Assembly: GCA_937877715.1 (NCBI GenBank)
Contig: CALEHW010000054.1
Location: 982-64,981 of the forward strand
Origin: an uncultured Methylophaga sp.
GTDB lineage: Bacteria; Pseudomonadota; Gammaproteobacteria; GCF-002020875
Length of the DNA: 64,000 nucleotides
Reading direction: 5' to 3'
Part shown: positions 28,538 through 41,270 of the stretch, piece by piece
Layout: every line of letters starts with the position of its first letter
Position numbering within the stretch: the stretch's first letter is position 1
Position numbers and translations under genes: made by a program
The notes under the pieces: generated by a model
What the model was told of the DNA's origin: nothing
The model's input: the letters and a program-made list of their open reading frames with translations, nothing else
Database searches by the model: none

Positions 28538-31500
28538 ATGTTGATTATTAAGGGTGGTCCGGCACTTTCCAGGTTCCGGCTGAAGAAGATGGAGACGCTG
28601 TTTTCCAGAGAGTTTCCTGTCATCAAGGGGGTTACAACCCAGTTGATCCATTTTGTCGATCTTCATCTATCACTGAGCAGTGAGAAGATGATGCTTCTGG
28701 AACAGTTGCTGGAGTATGGTCCCGCCCATGGTGAGACCCACCTCAGCGGCAGGAGATGGGTGGTGGTGCCGCGTCTGGGAACTATCTCCCCCTGGGCCAG
28801 CAAGGCAACCGATATCGTCAACAACTGTGGTCTTGATGAGATTCACCGTATTGAACGCGGGGTGGAGTGGGGGCTGGAGATTGATGGTGAGTTGAGTGGT
28901 GATGAGGAGGCTAGGCTCATCTCTATGATTCATGACCGGATGACAGAGACGGTGCTCAATGATGAGGCAGAGGCCGAGGCTCTTTTTACCACTGCACAGC
29001 CTGCACCAGTGGTTAGTGTGGATATCCTCGGTGGAGGCCATGCCGCACTGGAGATAGCTAATGATTCCATGGGGCTTGCTCTGGCTGCGGATGAGATTGA
29101 CTATCTTGTCGAAAATTTCCGTACCATGGGGCGTAACCCCAATGACGTGGAGCTGATGATGTTTGCCCAGGCAAACTCGGAGCACTGCCGCCACAAGATT
29201 TTTAATGCCGACTGGATTATTGATGGCGAATCTCGTGAGGAGACGCTATTTGGGATGATACGTGATACCCATCGCAGCAATCCGGAAGGGGTACTGTCTG
29301 CCTACAAGGACAATGCTGCGGTGATCGCTGGTTTCAGCGGGGGCCGTTTCTCTCCCCGGGGAGAGCGGGGCCGATACAGCGCCCTAGATGAGCAGATCGA
29401 TATTGTCTACAAGGCGGAGACCCACAACCATCCTACCGCTATCTCCCCGTTTCCCGGTGCTGCAACCGGTGCTGGTGGAGAGATTCGGGATGGGGGGGCC
29501 ACAGGACGGGGCTCCAAACCGAAGGCGGGACTTTCCGGTTACTCGGTCTCCAATCTGAGAATTCCCGGAGCTGAGCAGCCCTGGGAGCAGGATCATGGCA
29601 AGCCCTCGCGAATTGTCTCTGCACTCGACATCATGCTGGAGGCACCGATTGGTGCGGCCGCCTTCAATAATGAGTTTGGGCGTCCAGCCATTCACGGTTA
29701 CTTCCGTACCTTTGAGGAGAGGGTGCCTGGCCCTGAGGGTGATGAGGTGCGTGGATACCACAAGCCAATCATGCTTGCTGGCGGTATGGGTAATATCCGT
29801 CGCCCTGATGTGGAAAAAAATGAAATACCACCTGGCACCCAGATTGTTGTTCTGGGAGGCCCTGCGATGTTGATTGGCTTGGGTGGTGGGGCTGCCTCAT
29901 CCATGACCAGTGGTAGCAGCTCGGAAAATCTGGATTTTGCCTCGGTGCAGCGTGGTAATCCTGAGATGGAGCGTCGCTGTCAGGAGGTTATTGATCGCTG
30001 CTGGCAGATGGATGAGAACCCGATTGTCTCTATTCATGATGTGGGTGCAGGGGGGCTCTCCAATGCGGTTCCAGAGATTGTGAATGATTGTGGCCGTGGC
30101 GGCCGTTTTGAACTGCGTACAGTGCTCAATGATGAGCCTGGGATGTCACCGTTGGAGATATGGTGTAATGAGGCACAGGAGCGTTATATTCTCGCTATTG
30201 ATACCTCACGGATGGAGCAGTTCCGTGCTCTTTGTGAGCGTGAACGTTGTCCGTATGCGGTGATTGGTGAGGCTACCAAAGAGCAGAGGCTGGTGTTGGG
30301 GGACGGGCATTTTGACAATACCCCAATTGATCTGTCGATGGATGTGCTCTTCGGTAAACCTCCCAAGATGTTGCGGGAGGTTCAACACAAGCCATTTCAT
30401 AAGCCAGAGTTTGAGACTATCGGGATTGATCTGAGCGAGGCTATCAATCGAGTACTTCGGCTGCCTACAGTTGCCAACAAATCCTTTCTGGTAACCATTG
30501 GTGATCGTACAGTAACTGGACTGGTTGCACGTGATCAGATGGTGGGCCCTTGGCAGGTGCCGGTTGCTGATGTTGCAGTGACTGCAACAAGTTATGACAC
30601 CTACACGGGTGAGACTACCGCACTGGGTGAAGCCACCCCAACTGCACTGATTCACCCTGCCGCATCAGGTCGTATGGCTATTGGTGAGGCATTGACCAAT
30701 ATAGCAGCATCCAGAATCGAGTCACTGGACCAGGTCCGCTTCTCGGCCAACTGGATGGCACCGGCAGGTCACCCTGGAGAGGATGCTGCACTGTTTGATA
30801 CCGTAAAGGCGGTATCCGATCTCTGTCAGCAGCTCGATATCTCCATTCCGGTGGGCAAGGACTCCATGTCGATGAAGAGCGTCTGGGAGCAGGATGGGGA
30901 GCAGCGTTCTGTAACGGCACCACTCTCTCTGATCGCCTGCGCCTTTGCACCATCTGTTGATATTAGAAAGACCCTGACTCCGCAACTGATTACTGACGGT
31001 GGGGAGAGCGATTTGCTGTTGATTGATCTTGGTAAACAGGCAAACCGTATGGGTGGCTCCGCACTGGCTCAGGTCTATAAACAGGTTGGTCACCACCCCC
31101 CCGACCTGGATGACCCCCAGGCCATGAAAAACTTCTTTGGTCTGATCCAGTCGATGAATGAGGATGGAGAGATTCTTGCCTACCATGACCGTTCGGATGG
31201 TGGTCTCTTTACTGCACTGTGTGAGATGTCTTTTGCGGGCCATACAGGAATTTCCGTACTGATTGATGATCTTGGCAGCGATCCAATCTCTGCGCTCTTC
31301 AATGAGGAGCTGGGGGCAGTCATCCAGATACGCCATAGTGACTTGGAGATGGTAAATCAGAAGCTGCGCGAATTTGGTCTGTTTAGACATGCCCACGTTC
31401 TTGGAACTATTGTAGATGATGATCGAATCACCATACATAACCAGGGCGAAATCCTGGTCAGCGATTCTCGGACCGAGCTTCAGCGCATCTGGTCAGAGAC

Positions 31501-32410
31501 AAGTTGGCAGATGCAGCGCCTGCGTGACAACTCCGACTGTGCAGACCAGGAGTATGATCAGCTGTTGGATAGCGATGATCCAGGAATGGATGTCATAGTT
31601 CCGTTTGATTTGAATGAGGATATTGCAGCCCCCTATACCGGAAGTGGGATTCGACCATCTATGGCAATTCTGCGTGAGCAGGGTGTTAATGGTCAGGTAG
31701 AGATGGCCGCCGCCTTTGACCGTGCAGGGTTTGAATGTAGTGATATCCATATGAGTGACTTGCTGGAGGGACGAGTCGATCTGAACGATTTTCGCGGCAT
31801 AGTTGCCTGTGGTGGTTTCTCTTACGGTGATGTGCTGGGGGCAGGCGAGGGGTGGGCAAAATCTATTCTCTTCAATAGTCGTGTGCGGGATAGTTTTTCC
31901 CGGTTTTTTGAGCGTGAGGATACCTTCGGTCTTGGGGTCTGCAATGGTTGCCAGATGATGTCGGTCCTCCATGAGCTGATTCCTGGGGCAGAGCACTGGC
32001 CCCGTTTTGTGAGGAATCGCTCGGAGCAGTTTGAGGGACGGTTCTCGCTGGTTGAGGTGGTGGATTCACCATCCATATTTCTGCAGGGGATGGCCGGGGC
32101 AAGGATTCCGGTTGCAGTTGCGCACGGTGAGGGGCGCGTGGAGTTCTCTGGTGACCACAACAGTCAGGCACATCTTGCGCTACGCTATATTGATCATCAG
32201 GGCTCACCGACAGAGAGTTATCCTCTCAACCCGAATGGATCGGCACATGGGGAGACCGGTTATACAACTGATGATGGCCGCTTTACCATAATGATGCCCC
32301 ATCCTGAGCGTGTGTTCCGTACTGCTCAATACTCCTGGCATCCGGACGAGTGGGGAGAGGATGGCCCATGGATGCGGATGTTCCGTAATGCCCGGGTCTG
32401 GGCAGGCTGA
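28538..32410 (+). CDS. purL: Phosphoribosylformylglycinamidine synthase (single-chain FGAM synthase)
   Basis: 1290 aa with a C-terminal glutaminase triad region (GVCNGCQMM). Confidence 0.95.
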   Translation: MLIIKGGPALSRFRLKKMETLFSREFPVIKGVTTQLIHFVDLHLSLSSEKMMLLEQLLEYGPAHGETHLSGRRWVVVPRLGTISPWASKATDIVNNCGLDEIHRIERGVEWGLEIDGELSGDEEARLISMIHDRMTETVLNDEAEAEALFTTAQPAPVVSVDILGGGHAALEIANDSMGLALAADEIDYLVENFRTMGRNPNDVELMMFAQANSEHCRHKIFNADWIIDGESREETLFGMIRDTHRSNPEGVLSAYKDNAAVIAGFSGGRFSPRGERGRYSALDEQIDIVYKAETHNHPTAISPFPGAATGAGGEIRDGGATGRGSKPKAGLSGYSVSNLRIPGAEQPWEQDHGKPSRIVSALDIMLEAPIGAAAFNNEFGRPAIHGYFRTFEERVPGPEGDEVRGYHKPIMLAGGMGNIRRPDVEKNEIPPGTQIVVLGGPAMLIGLGGGAASSMTSGSSSENLDFASVQRGNPEMERRCQEVIDRCWQMDENPIVSIHDVGAGGLSNAVPEIVNDCGRGGRFELRTVLNDEPGMSPLEIWCNEAQERYILAIDTSRMEQFRALCERERCPYAVIGEATKEQRLVLGDGHFDNTPIDLSMDVLFGKPPKMLREVQHKPFHKPEFETIGIDLSEAINRVLRLPTVANKSFLVTIGDRTVTGLVARDQMVGPWQVPVADVAVTATSYDTYTGETTALGEATPTALIHPAASGRMAIGEALTNIAASRIESLDQVRFSANWMAPAGHPGEDAALFDTVKAVSDLCQQLDISIPVGKDSMSMKSVWEQDGEQRSVTAPLSLIACAFAPSVDIRKTLTPQLITDGGESDLLLIDLGKQANRMGGSALAQVYKQVGHHPPDLDDPQAMKNFFGLIQSMNEDGEILAYHDRSDGGLFTALCEMSFAGHTGISVLIDDLGSDPISALFNEELGAVIQIRHSDLEMVNQKLREFGLFRHAHVLGTIVDDDRITIHNQGEILVSDSRTELQRIWSETSWQMQRLRDNSDCADQEYDQLLDSDDPGMDVIVPFDLNEDIAAPYTGSGIRPSMAILREQGVNGQVEMAAAFDRAGFECSDIHMSDLLEGRVDLNDFRGIVACGGFSYGDVLGAGEGWAKSILFNSRVRDSFSRFFEREDTFGLGVCNGCQMMSVLHELIPGAEHWPRFVRNRSEQFEGRFSLVEVVDSPSIFLQGMAGARIPVAVAHGEGRVEFSGDHNSQAHLALRYIDHQGSPTESYPLNPNGSAHGETGYTTDDGRFTIMMPHPERVFRTAQYSWHPDEWGEDGPWMRMFRNARVWAG

Positions 32411-32493
32411 TTTTGTCTTCTATTGCCAGAGCTGTTCCATATTCATGGAGTGAGAGATAAAATACGCACTCTGGTATCTGGAGTATATAAAAA

Positions 32494-33561
32494 ATGACGA
32501 TTCACAATACAGATGATCTTCGTATCAGGGGGATGCAGGAAGTTGCTGCGCCCGAGGAGGTTCATCGTCAGCACCAGATCACCGAGAAGGCGTCGCAAAC
32601 AGTCTGGGAGACACGAGGCGCCATCCACAATATTCTCCAAGGAGAAGATGATCGGCTGGTAGTTGTGGTTGGTCCCTGCTCCATCCACGATGTCGAGGCG
32701 GCCAGAGAGTATGCCGATCGACTGAACGTGATAGGTAAACGACTCAGTGGAGAGATGGTGGTGGTGATGCGAGTCTACTTCGAGAAACCACGTACCCGTG
32801 TTGGCTGGAAGGGTCTGATTAACGACCCTGACCTGGATCAGAGCTTCAATATCAACAAAGGCATCTGCGTGGCGCGCGAGGTACTACTGGAGATCAATGG
32901 TCTGGGCATACCTGCGGCAACAGAGTTCCTTGATCTGATTACCCCTCAATATGTGGCGGATCTTATCAGCTGGGGAGCTATCGGTGCCCGTACCACAGAG
33001 AGCCAGGTCCATCGGGAGTTGGCCTCCGGACTCTCATGCCCGGTTGGCTTCAAGAATGGCACTGATGGTAAACTGCAGATTGCAATTGATGGAATCTGGG
33101 CAGCATCGCAGCCACATCACTTTCTGTCCGTTACCAAACAGGGGCACTCAGCAATCTTCTCTACCAATGGTAACGAGGATTGTCATGTGATTCTGCGAGG
33201 GGGTGATGATCGCCCAAATTATGATGCAGAAAGTGTGCAGGATGCAGTTATCAATCTATTGCAGGCAAAACAGAATCCACGACTGATGATCGATCTCAGC
33301 CATGCAAACAGCCGCAAGGACTATAGGCGACAGATTGATGTCGGCAGTGATGTTGCGCATCAGATCAGACATGGTGGTGACAACATTATGGGGGTGATGA
33401 TCGAGAGCCATCTGGTTGAGGGGCGTCAGGATATCCGCGAAGGTGAGGAGCTGGTCTATGGCCAGAGTGTCACCGATGGCTGTATCGGATGGGGGGCAAC
33501 GGTTGAGTTGCTTGAGGAGTTTGCAGAGGCGGTACGTCAGCGTCGCACCTCAGCTTCCTGA
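32494..33561 (+). CDS. 3-deoxy-7-phosphoheptulonate (DAHP) synthase, class I
   Basis: 355 aa, collinear with AroG/AroF/AroH (VVVGPCSIHD, KPRT, GxIGAR). Confidence 0.9.
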   Translation: MTIHNTDDLRIRGMQEVAAPEEVHRQHQITEKASQTVWETRGAIHNILQGEDDRLVVVVGPCSIHDVEAAREYADRLNVIGKRLSGEMVVVMRVYFEKPRTRVGWKGLINDPDLDQSFNINKGICVAREVLLEINGLGIPAATEFLDLITPQYVADLISWGAIGARTTESQVHRELASGLSCPVGFKNGTDGKLQIAIDGIWAASQPHHFLSVTKQGHSAIFSTNGNEDCHVILRGGDDRPNYDAESVQDAVINLLQAKQNPRLMIDLSHANSRKDYRRQIDVGSDVAHQIRHGGDNIMGVMIESHLVEGRQDIREGEELVYGQSVTDGCIGWGATVELLEEFAEAVRQRRTSAS

Positions 33562-33582
33562 TGATTCTCTGATGACATCGTT

Positions 33583-33816
33583 ATGGTGAGCAAGATTCTG
33601 ATTATGCTGGTACGTTGGTACCAGATCATATTTAGTCCGTGGATCGGGCAGAGTTGTCGCTTTAACCCTACCTGTTCAAGCTATGCAATCGGTGCCCTGC
33701 GTGAATATGGGGCACTTAAGGGGAGCTGGATGGCAATACGCAGGATAGGGCGTTGTCACCCTTGGCATGAGGGGGGGGAGGATCCAGTCCCACCAAAAGA
33801 TGGTGGCCAGTTGTAA
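33583..33816 (+). CDS. yidD: Membrane protein insertion efficiency factor YidD
   Basis: WYQIIFSPWIGQSCRFNPTCSSYAIGALREYGALKG. Confidence 0.8.
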   Translation: MVSKILIMLVRWYQIIFSPWIGQSCRFNPTCSSYAIGALREYGALKGSWMAIRRIGRCHPWHEGGEDPVPPKDGGQL

Positions 33817-33827
33817 TCCGGTGTCCT

Positions 33828-34397
33828 CTATCTGGATCTGGAGATAAACTTCCCGGTTCCAGTGTGTATTTTGATCTCTTCTCCGCTCTCCAGATATTCT
33901 GGTACCTGCACCTCAATTCCTGTGGAGAGCTGTGCTGGTTTGGTGCGCCCAGTGGCGGTCGCCCCCTTGATTCCAGGAGAGGTTTCGGTGATTGTCAGGG
34001 TGACGGTTTGAGGTAGCTCAACCCCTAGTACCTTGTCATCAGAGAGCAGTATGGTAATCCCCTCCAGCCCCTCGACAAGATAGCCAGACTGTTCAGATAG
34101 ATCCTCGGCGCCGACCTCATATTGAGAGTAGTCCTCCTGATCCATGAATACATAATTTTCACCATCACTGTATGAGTATTGGGCTTGTCGTTTCAGGCAG
34201 TCGGCCTCTCTCAGCAGGTCATCTCCCTTGAATGAGTCATCTAGTTTCTGTCCGCTCTGCAGATTGGTGAAGCGTATCTTGTAGAGGGTGGAGGCACCAC
34301 GAGAGGATGGGCTTTTTGCCTCAACGGTTTTTACCGCATGTGGCGTACCATTGATCTCCACTATCATTCCACGTTTTAGTTCTGATGCTTTCGGCAT
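33828..34397 (-). CDS. efpL: Elongation factor P-like protein EfpL (YeiP)
   Basis: 189 aa, collinear with E. coli YeiP (MPKASELKRGMIVEINGTPHAV...LELPQTVTLTITETSPGIKGATA...KPAQLSTGIEVQVPEYL). Confidence 0.85.
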   Translation of the reverse strand: MPKASELKRGMIVEINGTPHAVKTVEAKSPSSRGASTLYKIRFTNLQSGQKLDDSFKGDDLLREADCLKRQAQYSYSDGENYVFMDQEDYSQYEVGAEDLSEQSGYLVEGLEGITILLSDDKVLGVELPQTVTLTITETSPGIKGATATGRTKPAQLSTGIEVQVPEYLESGEEIKIHTGTGKFISRSR

Positions 34398-34455
34398 AAA
34401 TATTTCCTGTTATCTGTGCATCAGGAATCACCTGAGACAATATATGTTATGCGGG

Positions 34456-36123
34456 CTATTTTGATATCGGACGATATTTGATCTTGTGCGGCTGGTATGC
34501 ATCGGCACCCAATCGTCGTTTCCGATCCTGTTCATAATCTGCATAGTTCCCCTCAAACCAGACCACCTTGCTGTCACCCTCAAAGGCAAGCATGTGGGTA
34601 GCAATGCGGTCGAGGAACCAGCGATCATGCGAGATCACCACAGCACACCCGGGGAATGCCAGTAGTGCCTCCTCCAGTGCACGCAGGGTCTCCACATCAA
34701 GATCATTGGTGGGCTCATCAAGCAGCAGTACGTTGCCACCACTCTGAAGCAATTTTGCCAGATGGACACGGTTGCGTTCACCACCGGAGAGGTCACCAAC
34801 CCGCTTCTGCTGATCACCTCCACGGAAGTTGAAATGGGAGACGTAGGCACGGGAGTTGGTCTCGTAGCCACCAATGCGCAGGATCTCCTGACCACCGGAG
34901 ATCGCCTCCCATACGGTCTGTTTAGGGTCGAGCTCATCACGGCTCTGGTCAACATGAGAGAGTTTTACAGTCTCACCAATGTTGACCTCTCCAGAGTCCG
35001 GCTGTTCATCTCCAGTCAACATTCTAAAGAGGGTGGTTTTACCTGCACCATTTGGGCCGATAATTCCGACAATACCGCCTGGAGGAAGATTGAAGTTAAG
35101 GTCATCAACCAGCAGACGATCACTGAAGCCCTTGCTGATGCCGGCCCCTTCTATTACTAGGTCACCCAGTCGGGGGCCCGGTGGAATATAGATCTCATGA
35201 GTCTCATTGCGGGCCTGGGTGTCGTGCGAGGAGAGCTCATCAAAGCGGGCTATTCGTGCCTTGCTCTTGGCATGGCGTCCCTTGGGGTTGGAGCGGATCC
35301 ACTCCAGCTCCTCCTTCATGCTCTTCTGGCGGGCACTCTCCTGCTTCTCCTCCATCTGTAGACGGTTCTGTTTCTGCTCCAGCCAGGAGGAGTAGTTTCC
35401 CTCCCAGGGAATGCCGCGTCCGCGATCCAGCTCCAGGATCCATCCGGCCACATTATCTAGGAAGTAGCGATCATGAGTGATAGCGACCACAGTTCCCGGG
35501 AAGTCATGGAGAAAACGCTCCAGCCAGGCGATTGACTCTGCATCAAGGTGGTTGGTGGGTTCATCCAGTAGCAACATATCCGGGTTGGATAGAAGCAGGC
35601 GACAGAGGGCAACCCGACGTATCTCTCCACCGGAGAGCTTGGTGACATCGGCGTCCCACGGGGGGAGGCGCAGGGCGTCGGCCGCCATCTCCAGTTTGCG
35701 GTCAAGCTCCCAGGCGCCTGCAGAGTCTATCTTGTCCTGTAGTTCAGCCTGTTCTGGCAGCAGGGTATCGAAATCAGCATCTGGTTCGGCAAATGCGGCA
35801 CTCACCTCATTGAATCGATCTACCAGTGCCTTGGTGGCAGCGACCCCCTCCTCGACATTCCCACGTACATCCTTTGCGGGATCAAGTTGGGGCTCCTGAG
35901 GGAGATAACCGATATTGATCCCTGCCTGTGGTCTGGCCTCACCCTCGATCTCGGAGTCGAGTCCAGCCATAATTTTGAGCAGGGTTGATTTACCGGAGCC
36001 GTTTAGACCGAGCACGCCGATTTTGGCGCCAGGAAAAAACGAGAGCGAGATATCTTTCAGAATTTCCCGTCCGCCCGGCACAATCTTGCCGACACGGTTC
36101 ATGGTATAGATAAATTGAGCCAT
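34456..36123 (-). CDS. ettA: Energy-dependent translational throttle protein EttA (ABC-F ATPase)
   Basis: Two ABC cassettes. I trimmed the start to [15 protein letters not shown] (E. coli MAQFVYTMHRVGKVV), giving 555 aa. Confidence 0.9.
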   Translation of the reverse strand: MAQFIYTMNRVGKIVPGGREILKDISLSFFPGAKIGVLGLNGSGKSTLLKIMAGLDSEIEGEARPQAGINIGYLPQEPQLDPAKDVRGNVEEGVAATKALVDRFNEVSAAFAEPDADFDTLLPEQAELQDKIDSAGAWELDRKLEMAADALRLPPWDADVTKLSGGEIRRVALCRLLLSNPDMLLLDEPTNHLDAESIAWLERFLHDFPGTVVAITHDRYFLDNVAGWILELDRGRGIPWEGNYSSWLEQKQNRLQMEEKQESARQKSMKEELEWIRSNPKGRHAKSKARIARFDELSSHDTQARNETHEIYIPPGPRLGDLVIEGAGISKGFSDRLLVDDLNFNLPPGGIVGIIGPNGAGKTTLFRMLTGDEQPDSGEVNIGETVKLSHVDQSRDELDPKQTVWEAISGGQEILRIGGYETNSRAYVSHFNFRGGDQQKRVGDLSGGERNRVHLAKLLQSGGNVLLLDEPTNDLDVETLRALEEALLAFPGCAVVISHDRWFLDRIATHMLAFEGDSKVVWFEGNYADYEQDRKRRLGADAYQPHKIKYRPISK

Positions 36124-36437
36124 TTGGGGCCTGTCCTTATGAATGAACTTGTGAGACGTGCAATAGCTACGAGTAATACCGAATGCTCGTAGTGTTATGG
36201 AATCAACAAAGGCGCGTAGTATACCGAATTGGCCGTGGAAAGAGTGCACGTCCTTGTGCAGCTGTCATCCGTGAAACCTGAATAGCGTTAACTTGATAAG
36301 TATATCATGTAATACTGAAATAACCAACCATTGTCTATGCAAACATTCATATTTTTAGGAGTACCCTGAGGAAATGTGGACAACTTGATGTGGTAAAATG
36401 CGCGACTGTATTAACCATTTGGATAGAGGATTGGTAG

Positions 36438-37691
36438 ATGTTTTCAAAGGATATGACCATTGCAGGATTTGATGATGAGCTCTGGGGCGCGATGCAGGAT
36501 GAGGAGCGCAGGCAGGAGGATCATATAGAGCTTATCGCCTCGGAGAACTACACTAGTCCTCGGGTTATGGAGGCGCAGGGGTCTCAATTGACCAACAAGT
36601 ATGCGGAGGGTTATCCGGGAAAACGCTACTACGGCGGGTGCGAGTATGTCGACATTGCTGAGCAGCTGGCGATTAATCGTGCCAAGGAGCTCTTTGGTGC
36701 CGACTATGCCAATGTACAGCCACACTCCGGATCACAGGCCAATTCTGCTGTCTATCAGGCACTCTGTCTGCCGGGAGACACTATTCTCGGCATGAGTCTC
36801 GATGCAGGTGGACATCTCACTCACGGAGCAAAGCCGAATTTTTCTGGCAAGATCTACAACGCGGTTCAGTATGGCCTTAATAATGAGACCGGAGTGCTCG
36901 ACTATGAGGAGATGGAGTCACTGGCTCGTGAGCACAAGCCCAAAATGATTGTAGCCGGCTTCTCTGCTTACTCCAGAGAGGTGGATTGGGACCGTTTTCG
37001 CAAGATTGCAGATGAGGTTGGGGCCTGGCTGTTTGTCGATATGGCACATGTTGCGGGGCTGATTGCTGTAGGTGAGTACCCAAGTCCAGTGCAGATTGCA
37101 GATGTAATCACCACCACAACTCACAAGACCTTGCGGGGACCACGTGGCGGAATTATTCTTGCCAAGTCCAATCCGGAGCTTGAGAAGAAGCTCAACTCCT
37201 TGGTCTTTCCTGGTACCCAGGGTGGACCACTGATGCATGTGATTGCAGCCAAGGCGGTCGCTTTCAAGGAGGCGCTGGAGCCATCCTTCAAGAGTTATCA
37301 GCACCAGGTCAAGGTGAATGCACAGGCGATGGCACAGCTATTCCTTGATCGCGGCTATGATGTGGTGTCTGGCGGTACTGACAACCATCTATTCCTGGTT
37401 GATCTGATCAGCAAGGGAATTACCGGCAAGGCAGCTGATGCTGCACTTGGCGCCTCCAATATCACTGTCAACAAAAATGCAGTTCCCAATGATCCACAAT
37501 CACCATTTGTGACTAGTGGTATTCGCGTAGGCACTCCTGCAATTACCACTCGCGGGTTTGGCGAGAGCGAGTCCACAGAGCTGGCTGGCTGGATGTGTGA
37601 TGTAATGGACGATGTGGAGAACCAGGATACTATTGAAAGCGTAAAGCAGAAAGTGCTGGAGCTCTGTGCCCGTTTTCCTGTATACAGATAG
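36438..37691 (+). CDS. glyA: Serine hydroxymethyltransferase
   Basis: 417 aa with a PLP-lysine region ([14 protein letters not shown]). Confidence 0.95.
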   Translation: MFSKDMTIAGFDDELWGAMQDEERRQEDHIELIASENYTSPRVMEAQGSQLTNKYAEGYPGKRYYGGCEYVDIAEQLAINRAKELFGADYANVQPHSGSQANSAVYQALCLPGDTILGMSLDAGGHLTHGAKPNFSGKIYNAVQYGLNNETGVLDYEEMESLAREHKPKMIVAGFSAYSREVDWDRFRKIADEVGAWLFVDMAHVAGLIAVGEYPSPVQIADVITTTTHKTLRGPRGGIILAKSNPELEKKLNSLVFPGTQGGPLMHVIAAKAVAFKEALEPSFKSYQHQVKVNAQAMAQLFLDRGYDVVSGGTDNHLFLVDLISKGITGKAADAALGASNITVNKNAVPNDPQSPFVTSGIRVGTPAITTRGFGESESTELAGWMCDVMDDVENQDTIESVKQKVLELCARFPVYR

Positions 37692-37728
37692 AGAAGCGAT
37701 AGTGATGTTCACCCTGGGAGGGTAGAAG

Positions 37729-38280
37729 ATGCGGTGTCCGTTTTGTGGGGCAGAAGATACTCGTGTAGTTGACTCTCGACTGGTTGGAGAGGGCGATCAG
37801 GTGCGCAGACGGCGTGAGTGCCAGGCTTGCAGTGAGCGCTTTACAACCTTCGAGATTGTAGATCTTGCTACTCCAAGAATCATAAAAAGTGATGGTAATC
37901 GTCAACCCTTTGATGAGGAGCGGTTGCGCAGGGGATTTCTGCGTGCACTGGAAAAACGCCCGGTAGAGACTGAGAGCATAGATGCCGCCATAGAGCGTAT
38001 CCGTCACCGCCTGATTACCAGGGGGGAGCGTGAGGTTCCATCTCGTGAGCTAGGGGAGTGGGTGATGGAAGAGCTGCGTAATCTGGATGAGGTGGGGTAC
38101 ATCCGTTTTGCCTCTGTCTATCGCAGCTTTCAGGATGTCAACGCCTTCCGGGAGATGGTGGAGCGAATGGAGCATGAAACCCAATTAGGTCAGAATGATC
38201 TCCAACTGCAGCTGCTTACCGGAAAAAACCGAGATCCGTTAAGCCTGGATGCAGAGCAGAAGAGTGGTAAAAAGAGATGA
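37729..38280 (+). CDS. nrdR: Transcriptional repressor NrdR
   Basis: Begins [17 protein letters not shown] with a zinc ribbon and ATP-cone. At 183 aa it is about 30 aa longer than typical NrdR. Confidence 0.9.
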   Translation: MRCPFCGAEDTRVVDSRLVGEGDQVRRRRECQACSERFTTFEIVDLATPRIIKSDGNRQPFDEERLRRGFLRALEKRPVETESIDAAIERIRHRLITRGEREVPSRELGEWVMEELRNLDEVGYIRFASVYRSFQDVNAFREMVERMEHETQLGQNDLQLQLLTGKNRDPLSLDAEQKSGKKR

Positions 38281-39392
38281 GTGGGGACCCCATCTTCAGC
38301 TCTGATGACCATCTCTGGATGGCTCGGGCCCATCGCCTTGCAGGGCGCGGGCTCTTTACCACCGATCCAAATCCCAGAGTGGGGTGTGTTCTGGTCAAGA
38401 GTGGGGCTGTTGTGGGAGAGGGGTTTCATGAATATGCTGGTGGGCCGCATGCGGAGATCAATGCCCTCAATGCGGCGGGTGAGTCTGCCCGTGGGGCAAC
38501 TGCATATGTAACCCTGGAGCCATGTAGCCATTTCGGCAAGACCCCACCATGTAGTAATGCCTTGATAGAGGCAGGTGTTGCGCGTGTTGTGGTTGCATTG
38601 GAGGACCCCAATCCAGAGGTATCCGGCAGTGGAACAGAGAAGATCCGCCAGGCGGGAATCGAGGTGCAGAGCGGCTTGATGTCTGAGGGAACCGAGCAGG
38701 CAAATCCAGGCTTCCTCTCACGTATGCGCAGTGGCCGCCCCTATCTCCGCCTGAAGATGGCGATGAGCCTGGATGGCCGTACTGCGATGTCATCTGGAGA
38801 GAGCCAATGGATTACCGGACCGCCCGCCCGTATGGATGTGCAACATCTGCGTGCTCGTAGTTCGGCTATTCTTACCGGTATTGGGACTGTTTTGGCAGAT
38901 GACCCATCTCTCAATGTGCGTGATATTGATGAGCTATTCGGGCAGCCACTACGAGTAATAGTGGATCCGGATGGTAAGACACCATCATCGGCCAAGTTCT
39001 TCTCCATCGAGGGGGAGATACTTATGGCGACTGCCACAGATTGCGCTATCCCTGCAGGATGGAGTGACCATGAAGGTGTAGAGATCATTCAGTTGGATCG
39101 TTCCGGCTCGGGCCTCGATCTCCATCAATTGATTGGAGAGTTGGCAGAGCGAGAGGTTAATGAGATCCATGTGGAGAGTGGCGCAACCCTTGCGGGTGCA
39201 CTACTGCAGCAGAAATTGGTGGATGAAATTATCATATATACGGCACCGATCCTGATGGGGAGCAATGCACGCCCCCTGTTTGAGCTTCCGATCGAGAAGA
39301 TGAGCAGGAAAATCCCCCTGAAAATTGAGGATATTCGCATGGTTGGAGATGATCTCAGAATGACTATCAAGCCTCAATTCGTGTATCCTTAG
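38277..39392 (+). CDS. ribD: Bifunctional diaminohydroxyphosphoribosylaminopyrimidine deaminase / 5-amino-6-(5-phosphoribosylamino)uracil reductase
   Basis: A CMP/dCMP deaminase zinc motif ([21 protein letters not shown]) plus a reductase domain. Confidence 0.9.
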   Translation: MSGDPIFSSDDHLWMARAHRLAGRGLFTTDPNPRVGCVLVKSGAVVGEGFHEYAGGPHAEINALNAAGESARGATAYVTLEPCSHFGKTPPCSNALIEAGVARVVVALEDPNPEVSGSGTEKIRQAGIEVQSGLMSEGTEQANPGFLSRMRSGRPYLRLKMAMSLDGRTAMSSGESQWITGPPARMDVQHLRARSSAILTGIGTVLADDPSLNVRDIDELFGQPLRVIVDPDGKTPSSAKFFSIEGEILMATATDCAIPAGWSDHEGVEIIQLDRSGSGLDLHQLIGELAEREVNEIHVESGATLAGALLQQKLVDEIIIYTAPILMGSNARPLFELPIEKMSRKIPLKIEDIRMVGDDLRMTIKPQFVYP

Positions 39393-39397
39393 CGGTT

Positions 39398-40060
39398 ATG
39401 TTTACAGGAATTATTGAGTCGGTGGGGCGTATCTCACGCCTCGAGCCAAAAGGAAGTGATGCCCGTATCTTTGTTGAGACCGGCAAACTTGATTTGGGAG
39501 ATGTCCAGCTTGGAGATAGTATTGCGGTTAATGGGGTATGTCTGACTGCTGTTGAGCTTCTAGGAAATGGTTTTGTTGCGGATGTCTCAGGGGAGACACT
39601 GTCACGCACAGCATTTTCTCAACTGAAGGCGGGATCTGCGGTCAATCTAGAGAAGGCCCTGACCCCAACTACACGGCTGGGTGGCCATATGGTTAGTGGT
39701 CATGTAGATGGTGTTGGTGAGGTAAAGAGTCGTTCCGAGGACGGACGTTCGGTCCACTTTAGAATCCAGGCTCCGGATGAGTTGGCTCGTTACATAGCAG
39801 AGAAAGGTTCCATTACTGTAGATGGAATAAGTTTGACTGTAAATGGTGTTGATGGAGCGATATTTGATCTCAACATTGTTCCACACACACTGTTGGAGAC
39901 CACCATGGAGAGCTTTCAGGTGGGTACCAGGGTTAACCTGGAGGTTGATCTGATTGCACGTTATCTGGAGCGGATGGTGCTTGGTGATCGTGCAGCAGAA
40001 CCTGGGGTAGAGGGAATCAGTATGGATTTTCTTGCGGAGCATGGATTTTTGGGAAAATAA
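39398..40060 (+). CDS. ribE: Riboflavin synthase (alpha subunit)
   Basis: MFTGIIESVG begins a duplicated lumazine-binding repeat. Confidence 0.9.
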   Translation: MFTGIIESVGRISRLEPKGSDARIFVETGKLDLGDVQLGDSIAVNGVCLTAVELLGNGFVADVSGETLSRTAFSQLKAGSAVNLEKALTPTTRLGGHMVSGHVDGVGEVKSRSEDGRSVHFRIQAPDELARYIAEKGSITVDGISLTVNGVDGAIFDLNIVPHTLLETTMESFQVGTRVNLEVDLIARYLERMVLGDRAAEPGVEGISMDFLAEHGFLGK

Positions 40061-40094
40061 TGTTGAACAGTTATATAGCGAGTGGAACAAGATC

Positions 40095-41201
40095 ATGGAA
40101 CTGAATAGTCCAGAAGAGATTATTGAAGATATTAGTCAGGGCAAAATGGTTGTGCTGATGGATGATGAAGATCGTGAGAATGAGGGTGATCTGATCATGG
40201 CTGCAGCCAAGGCAACTGCAGAAGATATCAATTTTATGGCCCGCTATGGGCGTGGCCTTATTTGTCTGACCCTGACCCGTAACCGCTGTGAGCAGCTAGA
40301 ACTGCCGCTGATGGTTAGGGGAACAAATAGTGACCTTCATGGTACCAACTTTACGGTCTCTATCGAGGCTGCCAAAGGGGTTACCACTGGAATTTCGGCG
40401 GCAGATCGTGCGGTGACCGTACAGGCTGCAACAGCAGTAGATGCAACAGCAGATGATATCGTAATGCCAGGACATGTGTTTCCGCTGATGGCACAGCCTG
40501 GTGGGGTATTAACGCGGGCGGGACATACCGAGGCTGGATGTGATCTGGCAAGATTGGCAGGCCTTGAACCATCATCGGTAATTGTAGAGATCCTAAATGA
40601 TGATGGAAGTATGGCGCGTCGCCCTGATCTTGAGGTGTTTGCCCAGGAGCACGGGCTAAAGCTGGGAACAGTAGCAGATCTAATCGAGCACAGAATCCGC
40701 AATGAAAAGACGGTTGAGGCTGAGGCCGAGAGTGACCTGGATACCAAATATGGCCCGTTCCATATCAAGGCCTATCGTGAGTCGATTGATGGTGAGGTTC
40801 ATCTTGCCCTAGTGAAGGGAGAGGTTGATCCAGAGACCCCAATCCTTGTTCGTGTCCATATGCTCGACACCTTGTGTGACCTCTTTACAGTGGCAGGAGA
40901 GGGTTGTGGGCATGCCCTGGAGCGTGACATGAACCGGATTGCTGAGGAGGAAAATGGTGTTCTGCTTCTGCTTCGCAAGGAGGAGGATGGTCGTGACTTG
41001 ATAGAGCGCATCAGGAACCATCAACAGGGAACTAAGTCATCTCCGGCACAGCAACAGGTTGGCGAGTTGCGTGATTTTGGTGTTGGTGCACAGATCTTGC
41101 TGGACCTTGGGGTAAGAAAAATGCGTGTTCTTGGGACTCCCAAGAAGCTCCATGCACTGTCAGGATTTGGACTTGAGCTGGTTGAGACTGTATCTTATTA
41201 A
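40095..41201 (+). CDS. ribB: Bifunctional 3,4-dihydroxy-2-butanone-4-phosphate synthase / GTP cyclohydrolase II-like protein
   Basis: I trimmed the start to [10 protein letters not shown]. The DHBP synthase motif is present ([11 protein letters not shown]). The C-terminal GCHII-like domain lacks an obvious Cys cluster and may be degenerate. Confidence 0.85.
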   Translation: MELNSPEEIIEDISQGKMVVLMDDEDRENEGDLIMAAAKATAEDINFMARYGRGLICLTLTRNRCEQLELPLMVRGTNSDLHGTNFTVSIEAAKGVTTGISAADRAVTVQAATAVDATADDIVMPGHVFPLMAQPGGVLTRAGHTEAGCDLARLAGLEPSSVIVEILNDDGSMARRPDLEVFAQEHGLKLGTVADLIEHRIRNEKTVEAEAESDLDTKYGPFHIKAYRESIDGEVHLALVKGEVDPETPILVRVHMLDTLCDLFTVAGEGCGHALERDMNRIAEEENGVLLLLRKEEDGRDLIERIRNHQQGTKSSPAQQQVGELRDFGVGAQILLDLGVRKMRVLGTPKKLHALSGFGLELVETVSY

Positions 41202-41270
41202 TATATTGGCCTAACTGTACCGGGCCAGATAATGCCATTGGGCGAAAAATTGGAAGAAAGAGGAAGAAAT

